NCBI GenBank assembly: GCA_963555985.3
Contig: OY820591.1
Coordinates: forward strand, 1,024,001-1,088,000
Length of the DNA: 64,000 nucleotides
Source of the DNA: Dehalococcoidia bacterium
GTDB taxonomy: Bacteria > Chloroflexota > Dehalococcoidia > Bin125
Direction of reading: 5' to 3'
The notes under the pieces were generated by a model. The model made no database searches. It was not told the DNA's origin and saw nothing but the letters and a program-made list of their open reading frames with translations. Shown here in pieces: positions 11,412 to 21,328 of this stretch. The translations under genes were made by a program, and so were the position numbers. Numbering within the stretch: the first letter of the stretch is position 1; each line of letters starts with the position of its first letter.

Positions 11412-12196
11412 CCGACCGCCCACTCATCCTCGTCACCAACGACGACGGCATCCACGCCGACGGACTCTGGCATCTCGCCGAAGCCCTCCAGGAACACGGC
11501 GACGTCATGATCGTCGCACCGGCCTTCAACCAGTCCGGCATGAGCGCCGCCTTCACCCTGCACCGCGATCTCGAAGCCGAACCCGCCCACTCGCGCATCC
11601 CCGGCATCCCCGCCTGGCAAGTCAGCGGCACCCCCACCGACGCCGTCGTTCACGGACTCCGCAACTTCGCCCCGAGACGAGTCGGCATGATCGTCTCCGG
11701 CGTCAACCCGGGCCCCAACGTGGGCCGCGAGCTCCTCCACTCCGGTACCGTCATGTCCGCCATGCAGGGTTATCTCCGCAGCCTCCCCTCCGTCGCAGTC
11801 TCACTCGCCAGCTTCGAGGAACAGCACCTCCGCGACGCCGCAACGATCGGTGCCAGAATCGCCGGACAACTGCTCCGCTCCGGACAACTCCGCTTCCTCA
11901 ACGTCAATTGCCCCGACCTGCCCCTCAACGACATCGCCGGCATTCGCGTCGCTGCTATGGCTGATCTCGCTGTCTCCCGCGTGCTCGACATCACCGACGC
12001 CCACGGCGCCGTCCGCCGCAAGCTCGAATGGCGGCTCGACGCCGACATCCCCGCCGGCTCCGACGTAGCCGCCATCATTGACGGCGCAGTCGCCGTCACT
12101 CCGCTCGATAACGACCTCACCAACCACGCTGCGATCGCAGCGACCAGCGACCTAATCGACGGAATCTCCACGCTCTCCGAAGCGCCGAAGTGTTAA
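11408..12196 (+). CDS. surE: 5'/3'-nucleotidase SurE
   Basis: ILVTNDDGI, NQSG, GTPTD, VSGVNPGPNVG, SGTV. Confidence 0.95.
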   Translation: MTDRPLILVTNDDGIHADGLWHLAEALQEHGDVMIVAPAFNQSGMSAAFTLHRDLEAEPAHSRIPGIPAWQVSGTPTDAVVHGLRNFAPRRVGMIVSGVNPGPNVGRELLHSGTVMSAMQGYLRSLPSVAVSLASFEEQHLRDAATIGARIAGQLLRSGQLRFLNVNCPDLPLNDIAGIRVAAMADLAVSRVLDITDAHGAVRRKLEWRLDADIPAGSDVAAIIDGAVAVTPLDNDLTNHAAIAATSDLIDGISTLSEAPKC

Positions 12197-12242
12197 GATC
12201 GATCCCGCCGTCCAGCTGCATCAGCCGTACGGGAGTTCGCGC

Positions 12243-12989
12243 ATGGCCGGTCATTCCAAATGGGCTCAGATCAAGCGCAAGAAAGGCGTCACCGACGCCA
12301 AGCGCGGACAACTCTTCACCAAACTCGGACGCGAAATCTCCGTCGCCGCCCGCCAGGGCGGTCCCAAGCTCGAAGAGAACTCCGCTCTGCGCCTAGCCGT
12401 TGAGCGCGCCAAGCAGTCCAACATGCCCAACGCCAACATCCAGCGCGCCATCGAGCGCGCCACCGGCGGCGGCGACAGCGCCCAACTCGAAGAAATCCGC
12501 TACGAGGCCTACGCCCCCGGCGGCGCTGCCCTCCTGATCGACTCCCTCACCGACAACCGCAACCGCACTGTCTCCGAAGTCCGCGCCGCACTCACCCGCG
12601 CCGGCGCGAGCATGGCCGAATCCGGTGCCGTCGCCTGGCAGTTCGAGCAAAAAGGCGTGATCGCCGTCGACATCGACCCAACTACCGACCCCGACGACAT
12701 CGCTCTCGCCGCCATTGACGGCGGCGCTGAAGATGTCGATGTCGATGAAAGTCTGGTGGAAGTCATCACCGCCCCAGCCGACCTCGAGTCCGCCCGCAAA
12801 TCTGTTGAAGAATTCGGCGTCCCCGTCGCCTCCGCCGAAGTCGTCATGCGCGCCACCAACACCGTCCCAATCGACGACTCCCAGGCCGGCAAACTCCTCC
12901 GCCTGATCGATTCCCTCGAAGACCTTGACGACGTCCAGCGCGTCTTCACCAACGCCGACTTCCCCGATACCGCGCTAGCCGGAGCCTGA
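12243..12989 (+). CDS. yebC: YebC/PmpR family protein
   Basis: MAGHSKWAQIKRKK, TDNRNRT, LEDLDDVQ. Confidence 0.96.
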   Translation: MAGHSKWAQIKRKKGVTDAKRGQLFTKLGREISVAARQGGPKLEENSALRLAVERAKQSNMPNANIQRAIERATGGGDSAQLEEIRYEAYAPGGAALLIDSLTDNRNRTVSEVRAALTRAGASMAESGAVAWQFEQKGVIAVDIDPTTDPDDIALAAIDGGAEDVDVDESLVEVITAPADLESARKSVEEFGVPVASAEVVMRATNTVPIDDSQAGKLLRLIDSLEDLDDVQRVFTNADFPDTALAGA

Positions 12990-12992
12990 GCG

Positions 12993-13496
12993 ATGACAGG
13001 GCCGATCCTCGGCGTCGACCCGGGACTCTCAGCCACCGGCTGGGGCCTGCTCGAGCCCAAGCCCGACGGAACCGCACAACTCCGCTGGAACGTGATCCGC
13101 CCGCCCAAACCCAACGACGCCGATCTTGCCACCCGTCTCTGCTACATCCACGATCAGCTGGCCGAGGTGATCGCCCGCTACCGCCCCGTTGCGCTCGCCA
13201 TTGAGCGTCCCTTCCTCAACCGCAACGTCCGCTCCGCCGTCGCCCTCGGACAGGCCCAGGCCGCCGCGATGATGGCCGCCGCTCAAGTGGGCATCCCCAT
13301 CGCCGAATACCCGCCCCGCGAGGTCAAACAGACCGTCGCCGGCGACGGCGCCGCCGACAAGCAAGTCGTCGCCCAGGCGCTGATGACGCGCCTCGGACTC
13401 GCCGAACTCAATGCCCCCAGCGACGCCGCCGACGCCCTCGCCGTCGCCTACTGCCACTATCTCTCCGTCCCCCAACTCGAACTCACAGCCTCGTGA
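12993..13496 (+). CDS. ruvC: Holliday junction resolvase RuvC
   Basis: ILGVDPG, AIE, VKQTVAGDGAADKQ, DAADALAVA. Confidence 0.96.
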   Translation: MTGPILGVDPGLSATGWGLLEPKPDGTAQLRWNVIRPPKPNDADLATRLCYIHDQLAEVIARYRPVALAIERPFLNRNVRSAVALGQAQAAAMMAAAQVGIPIAEYPPREVKQTVAGDGAADKQVVAQALMTRLGLAELNAPSDAADALAVAYCHYLSVPQLELTAS

Positions 13497-14134
13497 TCTC
13501 GCGCGTCAAAGGCAAAGCCGTCGCTTGGGACGACGACGCCCAAAGCGTCGAGCTCGACATCAACGGCATCGTCTACGAAGTCCGCCTGCCCACCGCCTGC
13601 TGGCTCGCCCTCGAAGACGAGCGCCCTGACGAACTCTCTCTCTACACCCACTACCACGTCCCTGAACGCCCGCCCGTTCCCGTCCTGATCGGCTTCCTCA
13701 GACCAGTCGAACGCGACTTCTTCCGCAAGCTCATCAGCGTCCGCGACATGGGCGTCGCCAAAGCCCAGCGCGCCCTTGCCGCCTCCGTCTCCACCATCGC
13801 CCAATGGATCGAAGCCGAAGACCGCCGCGCCCTCACCTCCCTCCCGGGCATCGGCCCACGCCAGGCCGACAAAATCATCGCCGAACTCCGAGGCAAAGTC
13901 GTCGAAGAAGCCCACCTCATTGACGAAGGCTTCGACGCCAACGCCCAACGCCGCCCAAGACCCGCAGCCGACATCGCCGACGATGCCATCGAAGCCCTCA
14001 CCGGCCTCGGCTACACCCGCCGAGACGCCGAAGCCTGGGTCACAGCCGCCCTGGTCGCACCGGATCTCGAAGAACCCCTCACCACCGAATCCATCCTCCG
14101 ATCCGTCCTCGAAAACCTCGGCTCAAACACATAA
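13493..14134 (+). CDS. ruvA: Holliday junction branch migration protein RuvA
   Basis: MISRVKG, NGIVYEV, HhH LPGIGPRQA.KIIAEL, C-terminal ALTGLGY domain; follows ruvC. Confidence 0.9.
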   Translation: MISRVKGKAVAWDDDAQSVELDINGIVYEVRLPTACWLALEDERPDELSLYTHYHVPERPPVPVLIGFLRPVERDFFRKLISVRDMGVAKAQRALAASVSTIAQWIEAEDRRALTSLPGIGPRQADKIIAELRGKVVEEAHLIDEGFDANAQRRPRPAADIADDAIEALTGLGYTRRDAEAWVTAALVAPDLEEPLTTESILRSVLENLGSNT

Positions 14135-14188
14135 CGCTCGCCCCCTTCCTCGCTCTTCCCTCCGGAGACCTGTGCGTAAATCGAAGAT

Positions 14189-14219
14189 CGTCATACCCGC
14201 GCTTGCCGCGGGTATCTCG
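14189..14219. repeat. REP-like palindrome, family 1 (single arm)
   Basis: CGTCATACCCGCGCTTGCCGCGGGTATCTCG, a near-exact reverse complement of 60090-60120. Confidence 0.85.
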
Positions 14220-14319
14220 CCGTGCTCTGCACCGTCGTCGCTAATGCAGCGGCAAGTGCTGAAGGCAGAGAGAGTCGGTCCGCCCGAACCCCAAATCTGC
14301 CAACCACACAACACTCACC

Positions 14320-14545
14320 CCATACATCAGAACATCCATCTGTATATGATGACCGACCCATCGAACCCGAAAGGACAAACCCAACGTGACCGTCGCCCTC
14401 ACCACTGAACACCACCGAACAAAACCGAACGCTGCTGAACGTCCAAAATCTCACAAAACCCTGCAAAACACGGCAAATCCTGATTCCTCTCCCACTTCGA
14501 TCGCCGAAAAAAAAATTTATCCCTGAACACCTCAACATCTCCACA
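14320..14545 (+). repeat. Dispersed intergenic element, copy A (GAAC phased at 10 bp, A-tract)
   Basis: AGAAC-N9-TATATGAT; GAAC at 14407, 14417, 14427, 14437; GCCGAAAAAAAAATTTATCCCTGAACA shared with ~40550 and partly with ~55680 (minus). Confidence 0.65.
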
Positions 14546-14616
14546 TCGGCGACCACGCCCCCGTCCCTCTAATCTGGAAGACCAACCACCTGCCCCAACC
14601 GACGCGAGCAGCCTCC

Positions 14617-16746
14617 ATGCAGAAGCAGTTCGATCTCACCGCCGACTACCAACCCACCGGCGATCAACCCCGCGCCATCGAGAGCCTCATCCACGGCCTC
14701 CAAGAGGGCCATCGCGCCCAGACCCTGCTCGGCGTCACCGGCTCCGGCAAAACCTTCACGATGGCCAACGTCATCGCCCAACTCAATCGCCCCACCCTCG
14801 TGCTCGCCCACAACAAAACCCTTGCCGCACAACTCTGCACCGAATTCCGCGACTTCTTCCCCAGCAACTCCGTCGAGTACTTCGTCTCCTACTACGACTA
14901 CTACCAGCCCGAGGCCTACATCCCCCGCTCCGACACCTACATCGCCAAAGAATCCGACATCAACGATGAGATCGACAAGCTCCGCCACGCCGCCACCCGC
15001 GCCCTCTTCGAGCGCCGTGATGTCGTCATCGTCGCTTCCGTCTCCTGCATCTACGGCCTTGGCGAGCCGGAGGACTACCAGGGCATGGTCCTCACCCTCG
15101 AAAAGGGCAAGCCTTACTCTCGCAACCTGATCCTACGCCGCCTCGTCGATCAGCAGTACGAGCGCGACGAACTCACCCTCCAGCGTGGACGCTTCCGCAT
15201 TCGCGGCGACACCCTCACCATCCAGCCCTCTTACGAAGACCTCGCCGTCCGCGTCGAATTCTGGGACGACGAGGTTGAGCGCATCGTCGAACTCGATCCT
15301 CTCACCGGTGAAATCCTCGCCGACCGCGACCGTGTCGACATCTACCCTGCCAAGCACTTCGTCACCACCGACGAACGCATGGCCGCCGCCGTCGCAGACA
15401 TCGAGTCCGAACTCGAACAGCGCCTCACCGAACTGCGCCAGCAAGACCTGATCCTCGAAGCCGCCCGCCTCGAAGAACGCACCCGCTACGACCTCGAAAC
15501 TCTGCGCGAGACCGGCTACTGCGCCGGCATCGAAAACTACTCCCGCCACCTCGCCCGCCGCGCCGCCGGCAGCACCCCTTGGACCCTGCTCGACTACTTC
15601 CCCGAAGACTGGCTCCTCTTCATTGACGAGTCCCACATGACCCTGCCCCAAGTCCGCGGCATGTACGGCGGCGACACCTCTCGCAAACAGACCCTTGTTG
15701 ATTACGGCTTCCGCCTCCCCTCTGCCATCGACAACCGCCCCCTCAACATCGACGAGTTCGAGCGCCACATCAATCAAGTCGTCTTCGTCTCCGCCACCCC
15801 CGCCGACTACGAGCGCAACCACTCACAGCAGATCGTCGAGCAACTCATCCGTCCCACCGGCCTGCTCGACCCCGAGGTTGAGGTCCGGGGCACCGACGGA
15901 CAGATCGACGATCTCGTCAGCGAAATCCGCGCCCGCGCCGAACGCGGCGAGCGCACCCTCGTCACCACCCTCACCAAGAAAATGGCCGAAGACCTTGCCG
16001 ACTATCTGCGCGAGGTCGGCATCCGCACCTACTACCTCCACTCCGAACAAGACGCCTTCCAGCGCGTCGAAGTCCTCCGCGACCTCCGTCTCGGCGTCTT
16101 CGACTGTGTGGTCGGCATCAATCTCCTGCGTGAGGGCCTCGACCTGCCCGAAGTCAGCCTCGTCGCCGTCCTCGACGCTGACAAGGAAGGCTTCCTCCGC
16201 AACGAAGGCTCAATGGTCCAGACCATCGGCCGCGCCGCCCGCCACGTCAACGCTCACGCCATCCTCTACGCCGATCGCATCACCGATTCCATGCGTCGCG
16301 CGATGGACGAAACTCACCGCCGCCGCACCGCTCAGCACGAGTACAACCTCAAGCACAGAATCACGCCCGTCGGCATCCAGAAAGAAATCCGTGACATCAC
16401 CGACGACATCGCTCAGGATGCGGAAGAGCGAGAGTTGGCCGTCGCCGAACAAGCCCCTCGCTACGGCGAGGAGGCGGATCAGTTGGGCGCAACCATCCCC
16501 GCCGACGCAACCCCCGACCAAATCGCCCGCATCATCGCCGAACTGGAGTCGCGCATGAAAACCGCCTCGCGCGACCTCGAATTCGAAAAAGCCGCCGCCT
16601 ATCGTGATCAGATCATCGAACTGCGCCGCGATCTTGCCGGCGATGGTGAAGAACTCCAACCCTGGGTCGACCAGGCTTACGGCCGCCGCCGCCGACCGCT
16701 CCGCTCCAACCGGCGCAGAGAGCCGGTTGCGTCACGCCAGCGTTAA
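14617..16746 (+). CDS. uvrB: Excinuclease ABC subunit B
   Basis: [51 protein letters not shown]-terminal UVR motif. Confidence 0.98.
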   Translation: MQKQFDLTADYQPTGDQPRAIESLIHGLQEGHRAQTLLGVTGSGKTFTMANVIAQLNRPTLVLAHNKTLAAQLCTEFRDFFPSNSVEYFVSYYDYYQPEAYIPRSDTYIAKESDINDEIDKLRHAATRALFERRDVVIVASVSCIYGLGEPEDYQGMVLTLEKGKPYSRNLILRRLVDQQYERDELTLQRGRFRIRGDTLTIQPSYEDLAVRVEFWDDEVERIVELDPLTGEILADRDRVDIYPAKHFVTTDERMAAAVADIESELEQRLTELRQQDLILEAARLEERTRYDLETLRETGYCAGIENYSRHLARRAAGSTPWTLLDYFPEDWLLFIDESHMTLPQVRGMYGGDTSRKQTLVDYGFRLPSAIDNRPLNIDEFERHINQVVFVSATPADYERNHSQQIVEQLIRPTGLLDPEVEVRGTDGQIDDLVSEIRARAERGERTLVTTLTKKMAEDLADYLREVGIRTYYLHSEQDAFQRVEVLRDLRLGVFDCVVGINLLREGLDLPEVSLVAVLDADKEGFLRNEGSMVQTIGRAARHVNAHAILYADRITDSMRRAMDETHRRRTAQHEYNLKHRITPVGIQKEIRDITDDIAQDAEERELAVAEQAPRYGEEADQLGATIPADATPDQIARIIAELESRMKTASRDLEFEKAAAYRDQIIELRRDLAGDGEELQPWVDQAYGRRRRPLRSNRRREPVASRQR

Positions 16747-16831
16747 CTGCCGTCCGAACTCGCGCTTCGCTTCGCCGGATTTACGCAGACTTGTTACCTT
16801 CAACTTGTCCGGGTGAGCGTCGCTCGCGCCC

Positions 16832-17725
16832 GTGCAGGTTGAGTCCAGCGGGCGTACGCTCGTGTTTGGCGCGAGCCGTCGCTGCGCTGCTTGCGAACGG
16901 ATCGTGAACGCCACCTTCGCCGCAGAGGCCGACGGAGACATTTCGGTGGCTGACGAAATCGAACCGATCCCCCAACCACCGCCGCCCTGGCAAAGCGACG
17001 GCGACGCGCCCCCGTCATGGCTGGGCGTGCCCTCCGGCGAGACCGAGCCTCGCGCCTGCGCCTTCTGCGGCGAAGTCCCCCCTCCCCGCTCCTCCTTCTG
17101 TCCCCGCTGCGGACGCGCACTCACTGCCGCTCTCCTCCCCAGCCAAGGCGACGCCCTCAGCATCGTCTTCACCGACATCGAAGACTCCACTTTCCTCACC
17201 GACCGCATGGGCGACGCCACCTGGGAAGCAATCATCGACGAGCACAACGACATCATCCGCGAGGAAATCCACATCCACGCCGGCTTTGAAGTCAAACTCA
17301 CCGGCGATGGTTTCCTGATCGCGTTCGCCGACGCTGTCCAGGCGCTCCACTGCGCCGTCCAGATCCAGCATCGCGTCACCGCCCGCGCCGACGAGCGCGG
17401 CGCGTCCTGGCCCGTCCACGTGCGCGTCGGCATCCACCGCGGTGATGTCATCCTCCGCCCGGGCGGAGACATCCTCGGCCGCGCCGTCAACATGGCCAGC
17501 CGCATCATGGACAAGGGTCGCGGCGGCGACATCGTTGCCTCAGCCGCCTTCGTCGATGCGGTCGAACCAAAAATCACGCGCAAATTCTGGACCGATTTCG
17601 GAGACCGCCGCCTGCGAGGCCTCAGCGAGCGCGTCCGCGTCTACCGCTTCGAATGGCCCGCCTACATCCACATCAACCAAGACCCCGACGAAACCACCCC
17701 CGAACTCACCCCCGCCGTCCACTAA
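16832..17725 (+). CDS. Class III adenylate cyclase with zinc-ribbon N-terminus
   Basis: CAAC, CAFC...CPRC; FTDIEDST, EVKLTGDGF, RVGIH, DILGRAVNMASRI. Start uncertain. Confidence 0.88.
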   Translation: MQVESSGRTLVFGASRRCAACERIVNATFAAEADGDISVADEIEPIPQPPPPWQSDGDAPPSWLGVPSGETEPRACAFCGEVPPPRSSFCPRCGRALTAALLPSQGDALSIVFTDIEDSTFLTDRMGDATWEAIIDEHNDIIREEIHIHAGFEVKLTGDGFLIAFADAVQALHCAVQIQHRVTARADERGASWPVHVRVGIHRGDVILRPGGDILGRAVNMASRIMDKGRGGDIVASAAFVDAVEPKITRKFWTDFGDRRLRGLSERVRVYRFEWPAYIHINQDPDETTPELTPAVH

Positions 17726-17745
17726 AGCTCCCAAAACCCCCAATT

Positions 17746-17840
17746 GCCTCTCCCCCACACTGAGGGGAGAGGCCACAAGTATTCCCCCTCTCCCCCGCAC
17801 TGCGGGGGAGATGTCCCGTAGGGACAGAGGGGGGGTCCGC
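17746..17840. repeat. Two REP-like palindromes, family 2
   Basis: GCCTCTCCCC...GGGGAGAGGC, then CCCTCTCCCCCGCACTGCGGGGGAGATGTCCCGTAGGGACAGAGGGGG. Confidence 0.8.
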
Positions 17841-17897
17841 CCAACCAGCACCGAGAGTCCCACTGTCACCCCCGCAACACCCCCTCCACTCCCGGAT

Positions 17898-18155
17898 CTG
17901 ACAAAGAACACCAGTCCATATATGATCCACCGCATCCAATCGCTCACCCAGCAACAGCCGAGCCCGCCATGACCCTCGCAACCCATCTGGACAAAACAAG
18001 ACAAACCCGGATGCGCACGCCCAATTTCGAGCCAAACACCCCCGCAATCCAGCCGAATCTGGCCAAATCTGGACTAATTCGGACTACCTGTCGCCCAATC
18101 CTCCACCCCCAGCGGCAAATTCGCACCGCCCGCCAAGAAATTCCCGCTCCCCGCC
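17898..18155 (+). repeat. Dispersed intergenic element, copy B, with promoter and LexA-like box
   Basis: CTGACA-N17-TATGAT (17898-17926) with GAAC-ACCA-GTCC in the spacer; 10-bp phased units AGCCGAATCT/GGCCAAATCT/GGACTAATTC/GGACTACCTG at 18051-18090; GCAAATTC...CGCCAAGAAATTC. Confidence 0.55.
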
Positions 18156-18164
18156 AAACCGACC

Positions 18165-21100
18165 TTAACTACGCCCCGCCAACACACGCCGCGACTGCCC
18201 CCCGTCCGATTCCGCCACCACCCCCATCCGCTCCAACTCCTCGATCAATCGCTCCGCCCGCGGACGACCGATCCGCATCCGCCGCTGCAACAGCGTCGCC
18301 GACACCCGCTCATACTCCCGCGCCAGCTGAACCGCTTCGGCCAGACGAGTATCCGCAGGCGCCGTCTCATCACTCTCCGCTTCTATCCCCAGCACGATGT
18401 CGGGTTCCTCCTCCTCTTCGTCCGCTCCGTCCTCATCCTCTGGGAGCGCCGACTCCAATGTCTGCTGCAAAGCATCAAGGTCCGTCTGCGCATTGCGTTG
18501 TGCGATCGTTGTCGCTGCTTCCGGCGTCGATGCGTTCAGCCCCTCCAGCATCTCGTCCAACGACTGCCGCTCTGCCTCGGCCTGCGCCGGCGACGCCCAC
18601 CACCCGATCAGCCGCTCGATCTCCTCGTCCGACACGTACGAGCCCTGTACCCGCCGAGGCTTGATCGTGTCCGAGCTCATGTACAGCATGTCCCCCCGCC
18701 CCATCAGCTTCTCCGCCCCGCCCCGATCCATGATCACCCGCGCGTCCGTCTGCGATGTGGTCGCAAACGCGATCCGCGTCGGGAAATTCGCCTTGATCAA
18801 CCCCGTCACCACGTCAACCGACGGTCGTTGCGTAGCGACAACGAGATGAATCCCGACCGCCCGAGCCAGCTGCGCCAGCCGAACCAGCTGACGCTCCACA
18901 TCAACCGGAGCCGCCATCATCATGTCCGCCAACTCGTCAAGCACGACCACCCAGTAAGGCATCTGTCGCTGGGTGCCGGACAGCTTGTTGTAAGCGCCGA
19001 TATTGCGCGCTCCGCATCGTTCCAGCGTGCGGTAGCGCCGATCCATCTCCGCTACGACCACGCCCAACACACTTACCACCTCGTCCGATTCCGTCACTAC
19101 GTGCGAAAACGCCAGATGCGGAACCGAACCGTATCCGGTCAACTCAACCCGCTTCGGATCCACCAGAATCAACCGCACCTCCTCAGGCGACTTATTCATC
19201 AACAACGAGGAAATGATTGTGTTGATGCACACGCTCTTACCCGATCCCGTCGCGCCCGCGATCAGCACATGCGGCATCTTCGTCAAGTCGGCGATTACCG
19301 GCCCGCCTGTCACGTCCCGCCCCAATGCAATCGGCAGGCCCCCGCGATCAACCGTCGCAGCGAACTCGGGCGACTCAACCAACCCGCGCAGCGCGACGAT
19401 CCGCGTATCCGCGTTTGGCACCTCAACCCCGACAATCGGCTGCCCCGGTACCGGAGCCTCGATCCGGATCGAGGGAGCGGCCAGCGCCAAGGCCAGATCG
19501 TCGGCAAGCCGCGTGATCCGGTTGACCCGCACCCGCGTACGCGAGACTTCCTCTTCGCGCACGAGCGCCTGCCCATCTTCGCCCCGCACCGCCCGACCCT
19601 CGCGATCCTTCACCGCCACCTGACGAGTCTTGATCTCCCAACCCGGTTCCACCCCGAACTGCGTAATCGTCGGCCCTTCGTTGATCTGCGTCACGCTCGC
19701 GTCAACTCCAAACGACGCCAGCGTCTCCACGATGATCCGCGCCTGCTCCGTCGCGCCGCTGCGCAGCATCGCTGCCGGATCCGGATCCAACAGATCAATT
19801 GGAGGCAGACGCCAACCGTCGCCAGCCGTCCGCTTTGGAGCGTCCTGGTCAAGTGCTCTCCGCTCCCCCTCCACACTGCGGGGGGAGATGTCCCGAAGGA
19901 GCCCGCCCCCGACTTGATCGGGGGACAGAGGGGAGTCCGCGCCGTCCGACCACAGCCCTGCCTGCTGCTCCGCAGCTTCTCCCTCCGCATCGAGGGAGAC
20001 AGCACCGTCGCCGTTCACAGATTCCCTGCGTTCATCCCGCCTTGAATCAGGTTCCGGGCTCACTTCGATTGGCAAGGAGGCCGATGGCTTGCTCACAGGT
20101 ACCGTCGGATACGACTCGGCGCGCTCTTCAGCAGGAGGCGCAACCGCCCGGGCAGACGAAGCGCTCGCGTGCGCCAAGACCGAGTCCGGAGCCAGCCCCT
20201 GCGCGGGACGAACGCTCTGCGGAGCAGTAGCGACCCATGGTCTCACTCCCCGCGCTGGAGCAGGACTCGGCTGAGCTTGCCCGCGAACAGCGTTGCCGCC
20301 GAAACCGGCGCGAAGCTCTGATTGCAGCGGCGCGGGCTGCGCAAGCGCCGTGGAGCGGCTGAATCGCTCCTCGCCACCGCCCAACGGTTCCACGCTCGCC
20401 GAATGTCCGACCGTAGCGGCGTGAGTGACTCTTGCGCCGCCGATCGTGCGCGGACCCGCCGCCAGCGGACCGCCGGCTCCGTTCACATTCATCTCGCCGC
20501 CCCAGCGCCCGACCGTCAGTCGCCCAACTGTCTGGCTCAGACCCTGAGCGCCCCGCGACGTGCTGCTCTCCAACAACCCCGCGACTACAGAGACCCCGTG
20601 CCAGGTCGCTCGTCCCGACGCCGCTACCGCGCCGGGCCCTTGCGATCGCAGATCGCCGCCCGCAATGCGCCCGGCCTCACGAAGCTCGTACCACCCGTCG
20701 CGGAGCAGTCCCGGTGCCAGCAGCGAAATTGCCCCGAACATGCCTGCACAGATCAACACCCAACCGAAAGTGCTGTCCAACATTGCCCCGATCTGACCGC
20801 CGGCCCCGTACGAACTCAGACGCACGCCGCCCACTGTCACCACCGGCTCGATCGCGCCGACGATGCCCCAGACCCCAACTCCGATCAATGCCACCCCACC
20901 AACGAGGCGAAGCTCCGTAGGCCCGCCCCACGACCAGCCGACCCCGCTGCGCATCAACAGCGTCCCCACCCAGATCACAAGAACCGCAAGTAGATAGACA
21001 CCCCAACCGAACACGCCCAATATCGTCCCACGCGCATCCGCCAGCGGCATCGATCCCGACGATGTCCAGAAAGCAAGGCCAAGACCAACGCTGGCGAGCA

Positions 21101-21251
21101 GTGAACCCGCAATCAGAACGCCGTGATCCAACAGCCAGCCCGAAACGCGCTCACGGGTCGCCGGCGCGGCTTGCGCTTGACGACGAGCAGTTGCCGCCCG
21201 CGTCGCGCCCGCCTGCGTACGCGCAGAAGACCGTGTGCTGCGTTTGGCCAT
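18165..21251 (-). CDS. ftsK: DNA translocase FtsK
   Basis: N-terminal TM helices, long linker, MPHVLIAGATGSGKS, VDPKRVEL, DELAD, ATQRPSVDVVTG, gamma domain LLQRRMRIG.PRA. Confidence 0.96.
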   Translation of the reverse strand: MAKRSTRSSARTQAGATRAATARRQAQAAPATRERVSGWLLDHGVLIAGSLLASVGLGLAFWTSSGSMPLADARGTILGVFGWGVYLLAVLVIWVGTLLMRSGVGWSWGGPTELRLVGGVALIGVGVWGIVGAIEPVVTVGGVRLSSYGAGGQIGAMLDSTFGWVLICAGMFGAISLLAPGLLRDGWYELREAGRIAGGDLRSQGPGAVAASGRATWHGVSVVAGLLESSTSRGAQGLSQTVGRLTVGRWGGEMNVNGAGGPLAAGPRTIGGARVTHAATVGHSASVEPLGGGEERFSRSTALAQPAPLQSELRAGFGGNAVRGQAQPSPAPARGVRPWVATAPQSVRPAQGLAPDSVLAHASASSARAVAPPAEERAESYPTVPVSKPSASLPIEVSPEPDSRRDERRESVNGDGAVSLDAEGEAAEQQAGLWSDGADSPLSPDQVGGGLLRDISPRSVEGERRALDQDAPKRTAGDGWRLPPIDLLDPDPAAMLRSGATEQARIIVETLASFGVDASVTQINEGPTITQFGVEPGWEIKTRQVAVKDREGRAVRGEDGQALVREEEVSRTRVRVNRITRLADDLALALAAPSIRIEAPVPGQPIVGVEVPNADTRIVALRGLVESPEFAATVDRGGLPIALGRDVTGGPVIADLTKMPHVLIAGATGSGKSVCINTIISSLLMNKSPEEVRLILVDPKRVELTGYGSVPHLAFSHVVTESDEVVSVLGVVVAEMDRRYRTLERCGARNIGAYNKLSGTQRQMPYWVVVLDELADMMMAAPVDVERQLVRLAQLARAVGIHLVVATQRPSVDVVTGLIKANFPTRIAFATTSQTDARVIMDRGGAEKLMGRGDMLYMSSDTIKPRRVQGSYVSDEEIERLIGWWASPAQAEAERQSLDEMLEGLNASTPEAATTIAQRNAQTDLDALQQTLESALPEDEDGADEEEEEPDIVLGIEAESDETAPADTRLAEAVQLAREYERVSATLLQRRMRIGRPRAERLIEELERMGVVAESDGGQSRRVLAGRS

Positions 21252-21328
21252 GCCCGCTCCCGGACCTCACGGTCCGAAGAGCCGCCCCGCTAGGCCCAAT
21301 CTCGCCGTCGCTGCCCGACGGCGGATGC

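Noticed and set aside
14401-14440. Phased GAAC repeats (also 40565-40595 and 55780-55810) as a CRISPR array
   Set aside because: Period is 9-10 bp with no unique spacers and no cas genes.
16604-16831. In-frame TGA upstream of the cyclase as selenocysteine or readthrough
   Set aside because: The upstream frame overlaps uvrB, shows no protein-like motif and has no evident SECIS.
17969-18664. 231-aa Pro-rich ORF
   Set aside because: Mostly antisense to the ftsK 3' end; its 5' part belongs to element B.
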